NCBI GenBank assembly: GCA_031374115.1
Contig: JANMNO010000016.1
Location: 14,999 to 78,998 of the forward strand
Direction of reading: 5' to 3'
Source of the DNA: Hyphomicrobiaceae bacterium
GTDB lineage: Bacteria > Pseudomonadota > Alphaproteobacteria > Rhizobiales > Hyphomicrobiaceae
Length of the DNA: 64,000 nt
Position 1 is the stretch's first letter, and each line of letters starts with the position of its first letter. A program made the translations under genes and the position numbers. Of the stretch, positions 47,884 to 56,701 are shown one piece after another. The notes under the pieces are model-generated. The model did no database searches. It saw only the letters and a program-made list of their open reading frames with translations, and was not told the origin of the DNA.

Positions 47884-49203
47884 ATGGGAGGAGGCAACTT
47901 GATCCGCACCAGCTATCTTTCCCCCGAATTCAAAACGGAGCCTTACTGGACCGATGGTCTCGAGCCTTTCCGCCCGCTGAACGCTTCGCCAGCCGGCAGT
48001 TCGGACGTGGCCGTGATCGGCGGCGGCCCTGCTGGTCTTTCGGCGGCACTCACGCTTGCCCAGTCCGGACGGACCGTCACAGTCTTCGAGGCCGGCACGA
48101 TCGGAGACGGGGCGGTCGCGCGCTCGGCTGGCTCGCTCAGCCATGTTCCGAAGGCCAGCCTCGGCGATCTCACCGCGAGCTATGGACGCGAGGCCGCGCT
48201 CTCGATCTATCGGGAGGCGCGTGCCGCACGAGAGTACGTGGAAGGATTGATCCGCGAACACGGGATCGATTGCGGCCTGCAATCCGTCACCCGATTCCTG
48301 GCGGCGCACTCGGAAGCGGCATTTGCACGACAGAAATCTAGTCTCGCAAGCCTGCGCGAGAGCTGGGGCAAGGTCGAACTCGTGCCGCGCGACGAGCAGC
48401 GCCGCGTGATCGGCTCCGATGCGTTCTTTGGTGGCCTCCAGATGGCGAACTCGGCCACGCTGCAGCCTGCGCTCCTGCAGCACGGCCTCGCGCGGGCCGC
48501 GACATTAGCCGGTGCAGCGCTCCTGCTCGGTACGCGCGTCGATGACGTCCGTGGGGGGCCAGGCGCCTTCGAGATCGTGACGCGAAAGGCGCGCTATCGC
48601 GCGAGTGATGTCATTCTCGCCACAGCCGCTGATACCGGCTTCGGTCCAGCGCGATTCCAATCGCTCGCCCGGCGCATCGTCGCAATGGAGGCCTATTGCG
48701 TCGCCACCGAGGAGGTTTCTTCGAATCTGATGAAACGCGTCCTGCCGCTTCAGGGCCCCGTCTCCGACACCTACAAGATCATCAACTACATTGCGCCCAG
48801 TCACGACAACCGGCGCTTCATCCTATCTGGACGCGCGGGGCGGACCGACGGCGGGCTTGCGCAGAAGGCCGAGCGGATGTTCGGCTACTTCGCGGAGCGC
48901 TTTCCCGATTTGCGCGGCGTAAAGGTAACCCACTGCTGGAGCGGCCGATTTGCGATCAGCGCGGATTGGATTCCCCACATGGGCGTCGAGGACGGCGTTC
49001 ATTACGCCCTAGGCTGCTGCGGCACGGGAATTCCGATGGCTACATGGCTCGGCCACCGGATTGCACTCGAGATCCTCGGCCGCCCCTCGTCCGGCTCAGC
49101 GTTCGATCGTCCGCTGCCGCCGATGCCGTTCCATGCCGCTCGCAATCTGCTCATGCCGCTCGTGATGCGCGGCTACGCTCTGCGCGACAGTATTCTGAGA
49201 TAA
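47884..49203 (+). CDS. FAD-dependent oxidoreductase (DAO family)
   Basis: Dinucleotide fold DVAVIGGGPAGLSAALTLAQSG at the N-terminus. Length (~440 aa) and blocks fit D-amino-acid/opine/gamma-glutamylputrescine oxidase-type enzymes. Confidence 0.8.
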   Translation: MGGGNLIRTSYLSPEFKTEPYWTDGLEPFRPLNASPAGSSDVAVIGGGPAGLSAALTLAQSGRTVTVFEAGTIGDGAVARSAGSLSHVPKASLGDLTASYGREAALSIYREARAAREYVEGLIREHGIDCGLQSVTRFLAAHSEAAFARQKSSLASLRESWGKVELVPRDEQRRVIGSDAFFGGLQMANSATLQPALLQHGLARAATLAGAALLLGTRVDDVRGGPGAFEIVTRKARYRASDVILATAADTGFGPARFQSLARRIVAMEAYCVATEEVSSNLMKRVLPLQGPVSDTYKIINYIAPSHDNRRFILSGRAGRTDGGLAQKAERMFGYFAERFPDLRGVKVTHCWSGRFAISADWIPHMGVEDGVHYALGCCGTGIPMATWLGHRIALEILGRPSSGSAFDRPLPPMPFHAARNLLMPLVMRGYALRDSILR

Positions 49204-49225
49204 CCACCAACCGGGAGAGGCCGAC

Positions 49226-50158
49226 ATGCGTATCGTCACACGGCAGGAGATCGATGCCCTCGGTATCACCAACGCGGATCTCGTCGCCTGCCTGGAGATT
49301 GCTTTCCGTGCCGGGAGCACCGGCGAGATCGCCGGCCGCCCAAAATCGACCGTCGTCCAGCCTGATGGGGCTTTCTACATCGGCACGCTGGCCACCTGGA
49401 AGTCCCGCAACCTCGGCATCTTCCACTCGATCGTTGGTGCGCCTCCTGCCAACCTTTCGCCGGGGGAGGCTCACTATCGCACCTACCAGCTCCTGACCGA
49501 TTACGCGCGCGGCACGCCGATCGCCCTGGTCGACGGCAGCTTCACGTCGATGATGCTGCCGGCCGGCATCACGGCCATCGGCGCGCGCGGTTTCGCGAGA
49601 TCCGACAGTTGCATCGCCACCTTCGTCGGTGCTGGGCAGCAATCGCGGGTCAATCTCGCTGCGATCGCCGACTTACTTCCTCTGAAGGAGGTGCGCATTC
49701 TCGGGCGCTCGCCTGCCAACGCCGTTGCATTCGCCGGGGAGGTCCGCAACCTGGGGCTCGATGCCACGGTCCACACCGACGCGGAGACTGCGCTGCGCAA
49801 TGCTGACGTGATCGTGACGACCGTGCCGAGCGGACCAGACTTGCAGCCGTTTCTCGATCCGGCCTGGGTTTCGCCGGGCGCATTTGTGAGCGCCGTCGAT
49901 GTCGGTCGCAGCTGGCGCGACGGCTTCGAGGCCTTCGACCGTATCGTCTCGGACGATCGCGCACAGGCGGTTGTGCAGCACAAAGAGGGGCGGATGCGCT
50001 ACGGCGGCGCCTACGACACGGAGCTTTCCGAGCTCGTCACCGGTGCCCGTCCGCCGCGGGGCAACGCGTCGGAGCGCATCGTCTTGATCCATCCCGGCAA
50101 TATCGTCGGCGTGCTTGCCATCACCGCACTGATCCATGAGCGGTTGAAGCTCGGCTGA
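49226..50158 (+). CDS. ornithine cyclodeaminase/mu-crystallin-family protein
   Basis: 310-aa ORF. A Rossmann segment FVGAGQQSRVNLAAI... and the overall pattern fit the OCD/ketimine reductase family. Confidence 0.8.
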   Translation: MRIVTRQEIDALGITNADLVACLEIAFRAGSTGEIAGRPKSTVVQPDGAFYIGTLATWKSRNLGIFHSIVGAPPANLSPGEAHYRTYQLLTDYARGTPIALVDGSFTSMMLPAGITAIGARGFARSDSCIATFVGAGQQSRVNLAAIADLLPLKEVRILGRSPANAVAFAGEVRNLGLDATVHTDAETALRNADVIVTTVPSGPDLQPFLDPAWVSPGAFVSAVDVGRSWRDGFEAFDRIVSDDRAQAVVQHKEGRMRYGGAYDTELSELVTGARPPRGNASERIVLIHPGNIVGVLAITALIHERLKLG

Positions 50159-50188
50159 GCGGGTCGCCACGTGCAAGGAGCCCAGAAG

Positions 50189-51847
50189 ATGACTGCAATT
50201 GTCGATCCGATCACCGTCTCGGTCATTCAGCACCGGCTGCGTGCCATCGTCGAGGAGATGGGGGAAGCGATGCTTCGCACCTCCTACTCTCAGATCCTCA
50301 ACTCGAGTCGGGACTTCTCCACGGCGCTGTGCGACCCCAATGGGCGGCTGATCGCCCAGGCCGAGCATGTGCCGATCCACGTCGGCGCACTGCCGTTTGC
50401 CGCACGGGCCGTCAGCGCTTTCTTCAAGGGCCAGATCCGCCCCGGCGACGTCTATCTGCTCAACGATCCTTACCGGGGCGGCAATCATCTGCCGGACCTG
50501 ACGGCATTCGTTCCCGTCTTCGATGGCGACCGTCACGTCTTCTGGTCGATCAACCGCTCTCACCAGAGCGACATCGGCGGGGCGACGCACGGCGCCTATA
50601 ACGCCAGCGCTACCGACATCTGGCAGGAAGGCCTGCGCGTGCCGCCGCTCAAGCTCTACGACCAATGCAAGCGGCGCGACGATGTCTACGAGATGATCGT
50701 GCTCAACGTGCGCCATCCGCGCGATTTCCGCGGCGATCTCGCAGCCATGATCGGGTCAGCGCGTATCGGGGAGCGCCGGCTCAACCGACTGATCGATGAG
50801 TTCGGATCGGCAACGGCTCACGCCGGCATCGAGGCGGTGCTCGATGGCTCCGAGCGGCAGGTTCGCGCGATCATCGCGAGCTGGAAGGACGGAATTTACG
50901 AGGGCGAGGCGTTTCTCGACGATGACGGCCATCAGTTCCACGACATCCATATCCGCGCCCGGATCACCAAGACGGGCAGCGACCTTGAGGTCGATCTGAC
51001 GGACTGTCACCCACAGGTGGTCGGTTTCATCAACTCGTCGTTGGCCAATACACACTCGGCGGTGGTCGTAGCTCTCGCCTATCTTATAGATCCCGATACC
51101 CCCAAGAATGACGGTGCCTTCCGGCCCATCAAGGTAAAGCTCAAGGAAGGCACGATCGTTTGGCCGAGGCCTGGCGCGCCTGTCACACTTTGCACGAGCC
51201 ATTGCGGGCAAGAGGTGATCGAGGCCGTGATCCGCGCCCTGGCACCAGCCTGCCCGGACAGGGCCATGGCGGGGTGGGGGCGTCGCTTTCGTATCGCCAT
51301 CCAGGGTGTCGATCCGCGCACGAGCAAGCCCTTCATCTGGCATCTCTTCCAGGCTCGGCCAGGCGGTGGTGCCTCGCCAGCAGGCGACGGATGGCCGGGC
51401 GCGGGCGAGTGGCATTCGGCGGGCGGAATCAAGTTCGGCTCCATCGAGGTGCATGAGGTGCGCTTCCCGCTGTTCTTCCGTCGCCACGAGTTCCGTCCCG
51501 ATAGCGGCGGCGACGGCGAGTTCCGCGGCGGGCCCGGCGGCGAGCTCGAGTTGACGATCGAGACAGGGGAGCCGGCGGTCGCCAACACGGCAGGGGAAGG
51601 GGTCAAGTACGGCGCGTGCGGGCTGCTCGGCGGCAGCGACGGCCGGCCACACAAGTATTGGCTGCAGTCCAGGGGCCGTCCCGACCGGCCGCTCAAGACC
51701 AAGGAGACAGGTATCGAGCTCAAGCCCGGCGACGTCATCCATGTGCATTCCGGCGGCGGCGGCGGTTGGGGAAACCCGGCCAAGCGAGCGCCCGCGTCGC
51801 GCGCACACGACATCGAGCAGGGCTTCGTCACCACGGAGGCGCCCTGA
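50189..51847 (+). CDS. hydantoinase B/oxoprolinase-family protein
   Basis: ATG at 50189 after an AAGGAG RBS. DPITVSVIQHRLRAIVEEMGEAMLRTSYS, NSSRDFSTALCD and GDVYLLNDPYRGGNHLPD are canonical HyuB blocks. Confidence 0.85.
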   Translation: MTAIVDPITVSVIQHRLRAIVEEMGEAMLRTSYSQILNSSRDFSTALCDPNGRLIAQAEHVPIHVGALPFAARAVSAFFKGQIRPGDVYLLNDPYRGGNHLPDLTAFVPVFDGDRHVFWSINRSHQSDIGGATHGAYNASATDIWQEGLRVPPLKLYDQCKRRDDVYEMIVLNVRHPRDFRGDLAAMIGSARIGERRLNRLIDEFGSATAHAGIEAVLDGSERQVRAIIASWKDGIYEGEAFLDDDGHQFHDIHIRARITKTGSDLEVDLTDCHPQVVGFINSSLANTHSAVVVALAYLIDPDTPKNDGAFRPIKVKLKEGTIVWPRPGAPVTLCTSHCGQEVIEAVIRALAPACPDRAMAGWGRRFRIAIQGVDPRTSKPFIWHLFQARPGGGASPAGDGWPGAGEWHSAGGIKFGSIEVHEVRFPLFFRRHEFRPDSGGDGEFRGGPGGELELTIETGEPAVANTAGEGVKYGACGLLGGSDGRPHKYWLQSRGRPDRPLKTKETGIELKPGDVIHVHSGGGGGWGNPAKRAPASRAHDIEQGFVTTEAP

Positions 51848-53895
51848 TGTATCGCATCGGCATCGATGTGGGCGGGACGTTCACGGATTTGGTGGCTGTC
51901 GATGCCAAGGGGCATGTCACGCTTGCCAAGGCGCCGTCGACCCCCGCCGACCAATCGCTGGGCGTGATGGAAGGTCTCACCCGCCTTGCGCAGGCGCTCG
52001 GGCTCGATCGCAGTCAGATGCTGCGCAGTACGGAGCGCATCGTGCACGGCACCACGGTTGCGACCAATGCGTTGCTCGAACGCAAAGGGGCCCGCGTTGG
52101 CCTGCTAACCACGGAGGGACATCGTGACATCATCGAGATGCGCGAGGGCCTGAAGGAGGAGCGCTACAATCTGCGCATGCCACCGCCGGTTCAGCTCGTG
52201 CCGCGCAATCGCCGCCTCGGCGTGCGTGAGCGCATGCGATCTGATGGGCGCGTCGACATCCCGCTCGAACGCGGCTCGCTCGATGCGGCCATCGCACATT
52301 TGCAGCGCGAGAACGTCGAGGCTGTTGCGATCTGCTATCTGCACAGCTGGCGCGACGGTCGCCACGAGCGCGCCACCGCCGATGCCGTGCGAGCCGCGCT
52401 GCCCGGCATCTATGTCTCGATGTCGTCATCGGTGCTTCCGCAAATCAAGGAGTACGATCGCGTCTGCACGACCGTCGTGAATGCCTATGTGGGCCCCGTG
52501 CTCGAGCGCTATCTCACACGGCTCACAAAGCGACTGAAGGAGGCGGGGCTCGAGGCTCCGGTGCTCATCATCCAATCTCACGGTGGCGTCGCGACGATTG
52601 CCGACGCGGTGGCACTCGCGGCGGGCGCTGTGCTTTCCGGTCCGGCGGGCGGTGTCGCCGGCAGCCAGTATGCCGCGCGGCTCATGCAGCACGGCGACCT
52701 CATCCCGTTCGACATGGGCGGCACCTCGACCGATATCTCGTTGGTGGTCAACGGCGAGGCGGCCATCGCGTCCGACCGGCTGCTTGCAGGCCAGCGCGTC
52801 GCTCTCCAGAGCCTCGACATCGCCTCGATCGGGGCAGGCGGCGGCTCGATTGCGCGCGTCGACGTGAGCGGCCTGCTTCATGTCGGCCCGGAAAGCGCAG
52901 GCGCGACGCCGGGGCCTGCCTGCTATGGTCGCGGCGGCCGCGAGCCGACAGTTACCGATGCAAACCTTGTGCTCGGCTTCCTCGATCCCGCGAAGTTTCT
53001 CGGTGGGCGCGAGAAACTGGACCTTGAGGCTGCTGAGGCGGCCCTGGATCGCGTCGCCGGGCCACTCGGCATCAGTCGCAAGGCTGCTGCGGAGGGCATT
53101 TATCGTGTGATCAATACGCGCATGGCCGAAGGCATAAGGCTCGTTTCCGTGCGTCGCGGCGTCGACCCGCGCCGGTTTGCGATCCTGTCGTTCGGGGGTG
53201 CTGCCGGCCTGCACGTATGCGATGTCGCCAGCCAGCTAGACATCAAGCGGGTCATCGTGCCGCGGCTCGCGGCGGGGCTTTCTGCATGGGGCATGCTCGC
53301 CACCGATCTGCGCTACGAGCTCGGGCGCACGCACATCGGTGACGCGAGCCGACTCGATCCTGAAGCATTGCGATGCCTCTATCGCGAGATGGAGGCAGAC
53401 GGCAAGAGGCAGCTCGCCGAGGCCTCCTTCACCGGACCGGCTCGCGTCCATCGAACGGCCGACATGCGATACGGCGAGCAGATCTTCGAGGTCTCGGTGC
53501 CGATCGACGGCATCGATATTGCGGCGCTGGATCTGCGGGAGCGCATGGCGGCAGCGTTCCACGACAGGCACGAGGAACTCTATACCTATGCATTGCGCGA
53601 CCAGGAGGCGGTTCTCGTGAATGCGCGGGTGGCTGTCGTTGGGGCGCTGCCAGCTTTGCCGAAGGAGCCCGATCTGCCGCAACGGGCCACGGCGCCGCAT
53701 CACAGCACGCGCCGAATCCAGCTCGGGAGTTCGCACGAGGCCCCCGTCCTCGATTTCGACGCGCTCGCGTCGGGCCAGACCATCGACGGTCCGGCCATTG
53801 TCGAATCCTCGACCACCACGATTCTGCTGCGCCCGGGCGATCGTGCGAAGACGACGAGCTTCGGCTGGCTCGATATAAGGATCGCCGACCGGTGA
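51847..53895 (+). CDS. hydantoinase A/oxoprolinase-family protein
   Basis: Real start is the ATG at 51847 (MYRIGIDVGGTFTDLV), overlapping the HyuB stop by 1 nt. The 77 upstream codons of ORF 51616 lie inside hyuB. Confidence 0.85.
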   Translation: MYRIGIDVGGTFTDLVAVDAKGHVTLAKAPSTPADQSLGVMEGLTRLAQALGLDRSQMLRSTERIVHGTTVATNALLERKGARVGLLTTEGHRDIIEMREGLKEERYNLRMPPPVQLVPRNRRLGVRERMRSDGRVDIPLERGSLDAAIAHLQRENVEAVAICYLHSWRDGRHERATADAVRAALPGIYVSMSSSVLPQIKEYDRVCTTVVNAYVGPVLERYLTRLTKRLKEAGLEAPVLIIQSHGGVATIADAVALAAGAVLSGPAGGVAGSQYAARLMQHGDLIPFDMGGTSTDISLVVNGEAAIASDRLLAGQRVALQSLDIASIGAGGGSIARVDVSGLLHVGPESAGATPGPACYGRGGREPTVTDANLVLGFLDPAKFLGGREKLDLEAAEAALDRVAGPLGISRKAAAEGIYRVINTRMAEGIRLVSVRRGVDPRRFAILSFGGAAGLHVCDVASQLDIKRVIVPRLAAGLSAWGMLATDLRYELGRTHIGDASRLDPEALRCLYREMEADGKRQLAEASFTGPARVHRTADMRYGEQIFEVSVPIDGIDIAALDLRERMAAAFHDRHEELYTYALRDQEAVLVNARVAVVGALPALPKEPDLPQRATAPHHSTRRIQLGSSHEAPVLDFDALASGQTIDGPAIVESSTTTILLRPGDRAKTTSFGWLDIRIADR

Positions 53896-54043
53896 GGCGA
53901 GCGCCAATGGCCGGACGCCTTCTCGCGCGAATCGCCTGGTTGCACGTTCTGGTTTTGCGAGGTAGCTGCGCCAGAGCCCCGACATGCTGGTTGTTGGCGT
54001 GGCACCCGTGAAGTCCAGGTCTTTTTTGATTGACCCCACGGGG

Positions 54044-54346
54044 TTAGCGGACGACCGTGAGCGCGCGCACTTGTCTGTCCTGATTACTGGTCGGGCGTGG
54101 GAGCAACCGAACAATTCTAATGGGAACAGGAGCCGATCGATGAGCGAAGACCGCCTTCGAGCTATTCGGTGGCACGGTGCCATTGCCCCAGACATCGAAC
54201 AGTGTGACGGCGCCGATCGGATTGTAGAAGCTGACGGCCCAGTTTTGTCGGCAGGCCGCATGGTTCAAACCAAGCTCGCCTTTGCGAGAACTCCGCTCTC
54301 GGGTCAGACCGAAGACGAATTCGCGCCCTCCAAGGCCCGCATGCAT
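54044..54346 (-). pseudogene. possible decayed transposase/integrase-core C-terminal relic (IS3/IS481-like)
   Basis: The minus-strand translation ...GREFVFGLTRERSSRKGELGLNHAACRQNWAVSFYNPIGAVTLFDVWGNGTVPP loosely follows the ERFN..L..E.......A......W...YN..RPH..LG..TP pattern of rve-domain ends. The surrounding ~600 bp is otherwise non-coding. Confidence 0.25.
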
Positions 54347-54512
54347 CCATGGAGTGTGATACCACTTTCGGGCCTATTCCTCTGCCTTGGCCTCGAACAA
54401 GCAGTTGCCTCAAATGCAAGCATTACCGATACGGCGTGCCGTTTCGGATCCATTGCCGATTCGGACTTTCGTCTCGTTCAGCTGCTTGAGTTTCGTCGCA
54501 GATGCAGGGGCC

Positions 54513-55298
54513 TCAAACCCGAGGCGCAACCATCCTTTCACCGAACATCAGACCAGCCGAGAGGAAGCCGCCGTCGACGTTCAGCGTGTGGCCGTGCACA
54601 TAGCGGCTCTCGTCCGAGCATAGGAAAACCGCAGCGTCGGCGATCTCCTCCGGCGTGCCGTAGCGGGTCATAGGGATCAGGTAGTTGTAAGCCGCGCGCG
54701 TCGCTGCATCGTGCGCAAACTTTGCCATCTCGGTTTCGATGGCGCCGGGCGCGATGTTATTGACGTTGATATTGTGGGGCGCAAGTTCGACCGCCATCAC
54801 CTTGGTCAGGAGTTCGAGTCCGGCCTTCGCCGAGCCGTATGCAGAACGTCCGTTGCCGCCGCGCTGGCCAGATAGCGAGGCGATGTTGACGATCTTGCCA
54901 CCGCCGGTCTTCACCATCTCGCGGGCGACCGCCTGCGCGACCAGGAACGCGCCCGTGAGGTTGATGCCGACGATACGATTCCAGTCCGCCAGACTTGTTT
55001 CGAGGAACGGCGTGTTGCCGCCGACGCCCGCGTTGTTCATCAGGATGTCGATCCGGTCGAAGGCCTTCAGCACGGCCTTCACCATCGCTTCGACCGACGC
55101 TTGCTCTGCGACGTTGACCGCGACTGCTATTGCGCGCGCGCCCTTCGACTTGAGTTCGTCAGCGGCGACGTTTGCCCCTTGCTCGTTGAGGTCAGCGATG
55201 GCCACGATCGCGCCTTCGCGGGCATAGGCTCGTGCGACAGCGAGGCCGATGCCGCGAGCGCCGCCAGTGACGATGGCAACCTTGTCCTTCAGTCTCAT
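54513..55298 (-). CDS. short-chain dehydrogenase/reductase (SDR)
   Basis: TGGARGIGLA cofactor motif, NNAG, and catalytic S...YGSAK (YxxxK). Confidence 0.9.
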   Translation of the reverse strand: MRLKDKVAIVTGGARGIGLAVARAYAREGAIVAIADLNEQGANVAADELKSKGARAIAVAVNVAEQASVEAMVKAVLKAFDRIDILMNNAGVGGNTPFLETSLADWNRIVGINLTGAFLVAQAVAREMVKTGGGKIVNIASLSGQRGGNGRSAYGSAKAGLELLTKVMAVELAPHNINVNNIAPGAIETEMAKFAHDAATRAAYNYLIPMTRYGTPEEIADAAVFLCSDESRYVHGHTLNVDGGFLSAGLMFGERMVAPRV

Positions 55299-55318
55299 GA
55301 AAATCGTGCTCCGCTGTC

Positions 55319-56701
55319 TCAGGTGTTGGAACCGGTGTCGCCGCGCTTGGCGGCGCAGAAGAAATCAGCGGCGCCGACTTGGCCGCCCTTGAGTGCGATC
55401 TCGATGCCATCGAAGGGGCCGGACGCACAGTGGGCGCGACACAAGGGCGAGCCCGGCGCTATTGGCGCGATCGCTGTCAGGGCATCGATGCCGACTACAG
55501 ATGCTGCGCGGCCCGACGTGTCGCCACCGGAGATAACCACGCGCCGCAATCGCGCGGTCCGCATGACCGCGCTCAGCACTTTGCCGAGCCCCGTCCCGAT
55601 CCGTTCATTGGCGACATCGCTCGAAAGGTTGGCTGCGGCGAGCGACGTCTTTAGCGCTGACACGGCGGGATCATCGGGACCGGCTGCCGTGTAGACGATC
55701 GGATCGCGGCCCCCGCTCAGGGCGGCAAGCGCAGCAGACGTTGCACGCTCAATCTCGCATTGCCACTCGCGCTCGTCGACTACGCGGACGACGTCGAGCG
55801 CGATATCGGCGAAACCGGCGTTGCGGGCGGTTGCGATCTGTGCGGCGGTGATCGGCGAGACCGAGCCCGAGACAACGGCGATACGGTCGGCAGGCGGCGC
55901 CGATGAAGGCGCCGGGCGCGCTGGAATGAGGCCCGCTGTGCGCCAATGCGCAACGAGCGCTGCCTCGAAGCCTTGCGAACCGATCGCGAACAGGCGCTCG
56001 CCTCCGCGCTCCCAGACAAGACGCCCTGCAGCGACGAGAGTCTCGTGGTCGAGCACATCGATCGAGACGATCTCCGCTCCCCCGGCAAGCTCCTTGGCTA
56101 GCCGCAGGTCCGCCTCACCGCGCTTGATCGCGGCGAAATCGACGAGGCCGATGTGCTTTGATGTCTGCTGGGCGAGGTGGCGCGCCAGATCTGATTCCCG
56201 CATCGGCGTGATCGGATGGCGCGACATTACGGGATGTCGGTCGAGACGGTAGCCGGTATCCTCTGCGATCGCGAAGTGATGACCGAATGCCTGAAAGCGG
56301 GCCATGCCCGGGTCGGCGACGATCATCGGAATCCAGCCACGATCGAAGATTTCTCCGGCGATGTCGGCGGCGCATCCGATGGAGCCAACCGCGGGTGAGG
56401 AATCGAACGTCGAGCAGACTTTGTAGTGCGATATCGGTGCACCGATCGCGCGTACGGAGCGAAAGATGTCCGGCAGGTTCCCGAGCATCCACTCCGGGCT
56501 TTGCGACCGCGCGATGCCGGCAAACCCAATCACCCGATAGGCGGAGAAGGCGGCCAATCGCTCGGCTGTCGGGACGGAAAGGAAAAGAACCGTATCGAGG
56601 CCGGCGAACTGGGTCGCTTCCATCACCGCCGAGGAGCCAGTGAAATCGTCGCCATAGTAGGCGATCAGCGGACCGGGTGGCAGCGGGCGCGACGTCGTCA
56701 C
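55319..56701 (-). CDS. DUF1537-family four-carbon-type acid-sugar kinase
   Basis: The GTG at 56701 overlaps the RLP stop (GTGA). The N-terminus ...LIAYYGDDFTGSSAVME is the hallmark DDxTG motif of the family. C-terminal ISGGDTS block. Confidence 0.8.
   Translation of the reverse strand: MTTSRPLPPGPLIAYYGDDFTGSSAVMEATQFAGLDTVLFLSVPTAERLAAFSAYRVIGFAGIARSQSPEWMLGNLPDIFRSVRAIGAPISHYKVCSTFDSSPAVGSIGCAADIAGEIFDRGWIPMIVADPGMARFQAFGHHFAIAEDTGYRLDRHPVMSRHPITPMRESDLARHLAQQTSKHIGLVDFAAIKRGEADLRLAKELAGGAEIVSIDVLDHETLVAAGRLVWERGGERLFAIGSQGFEAALVAHWRTAGLIPARPAPSSAPPADRIAVVSGSVSPITAAQIATARNAGFADIALDVVRVVDEREWQCEIERATSAALAALSGGRDPIVYTAAGPDDPAVSALKTSLAAANLSSDVANERIGTGLGKVLSAVMRTARLRRVVISGGDTSGRAASVVGIDALTAIAPIAPGSPLCRAHCASGPFDGIEIALKGGQVGAADFFCAAKRGDTGSNT

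Noticed and set aside
49673-51808. Minus-strand ORFs of 347 aa and 350 aa opposite the OCD and hydantoinase B genes
   Set aside because: They are antisense to genes with strong family signatures, have Arg/Ala/Gly-rich low-information translations, and have no plausible starts.
51616-51846. 77-codon N-terminal extension of the hydantoinase A ORF
   Set aside because: It lies inside the hyuB coding region in another frame. The canonical HyuA N-terminus MYRIGIDVGGTFTD begins at 51847 with stop/start overlap.
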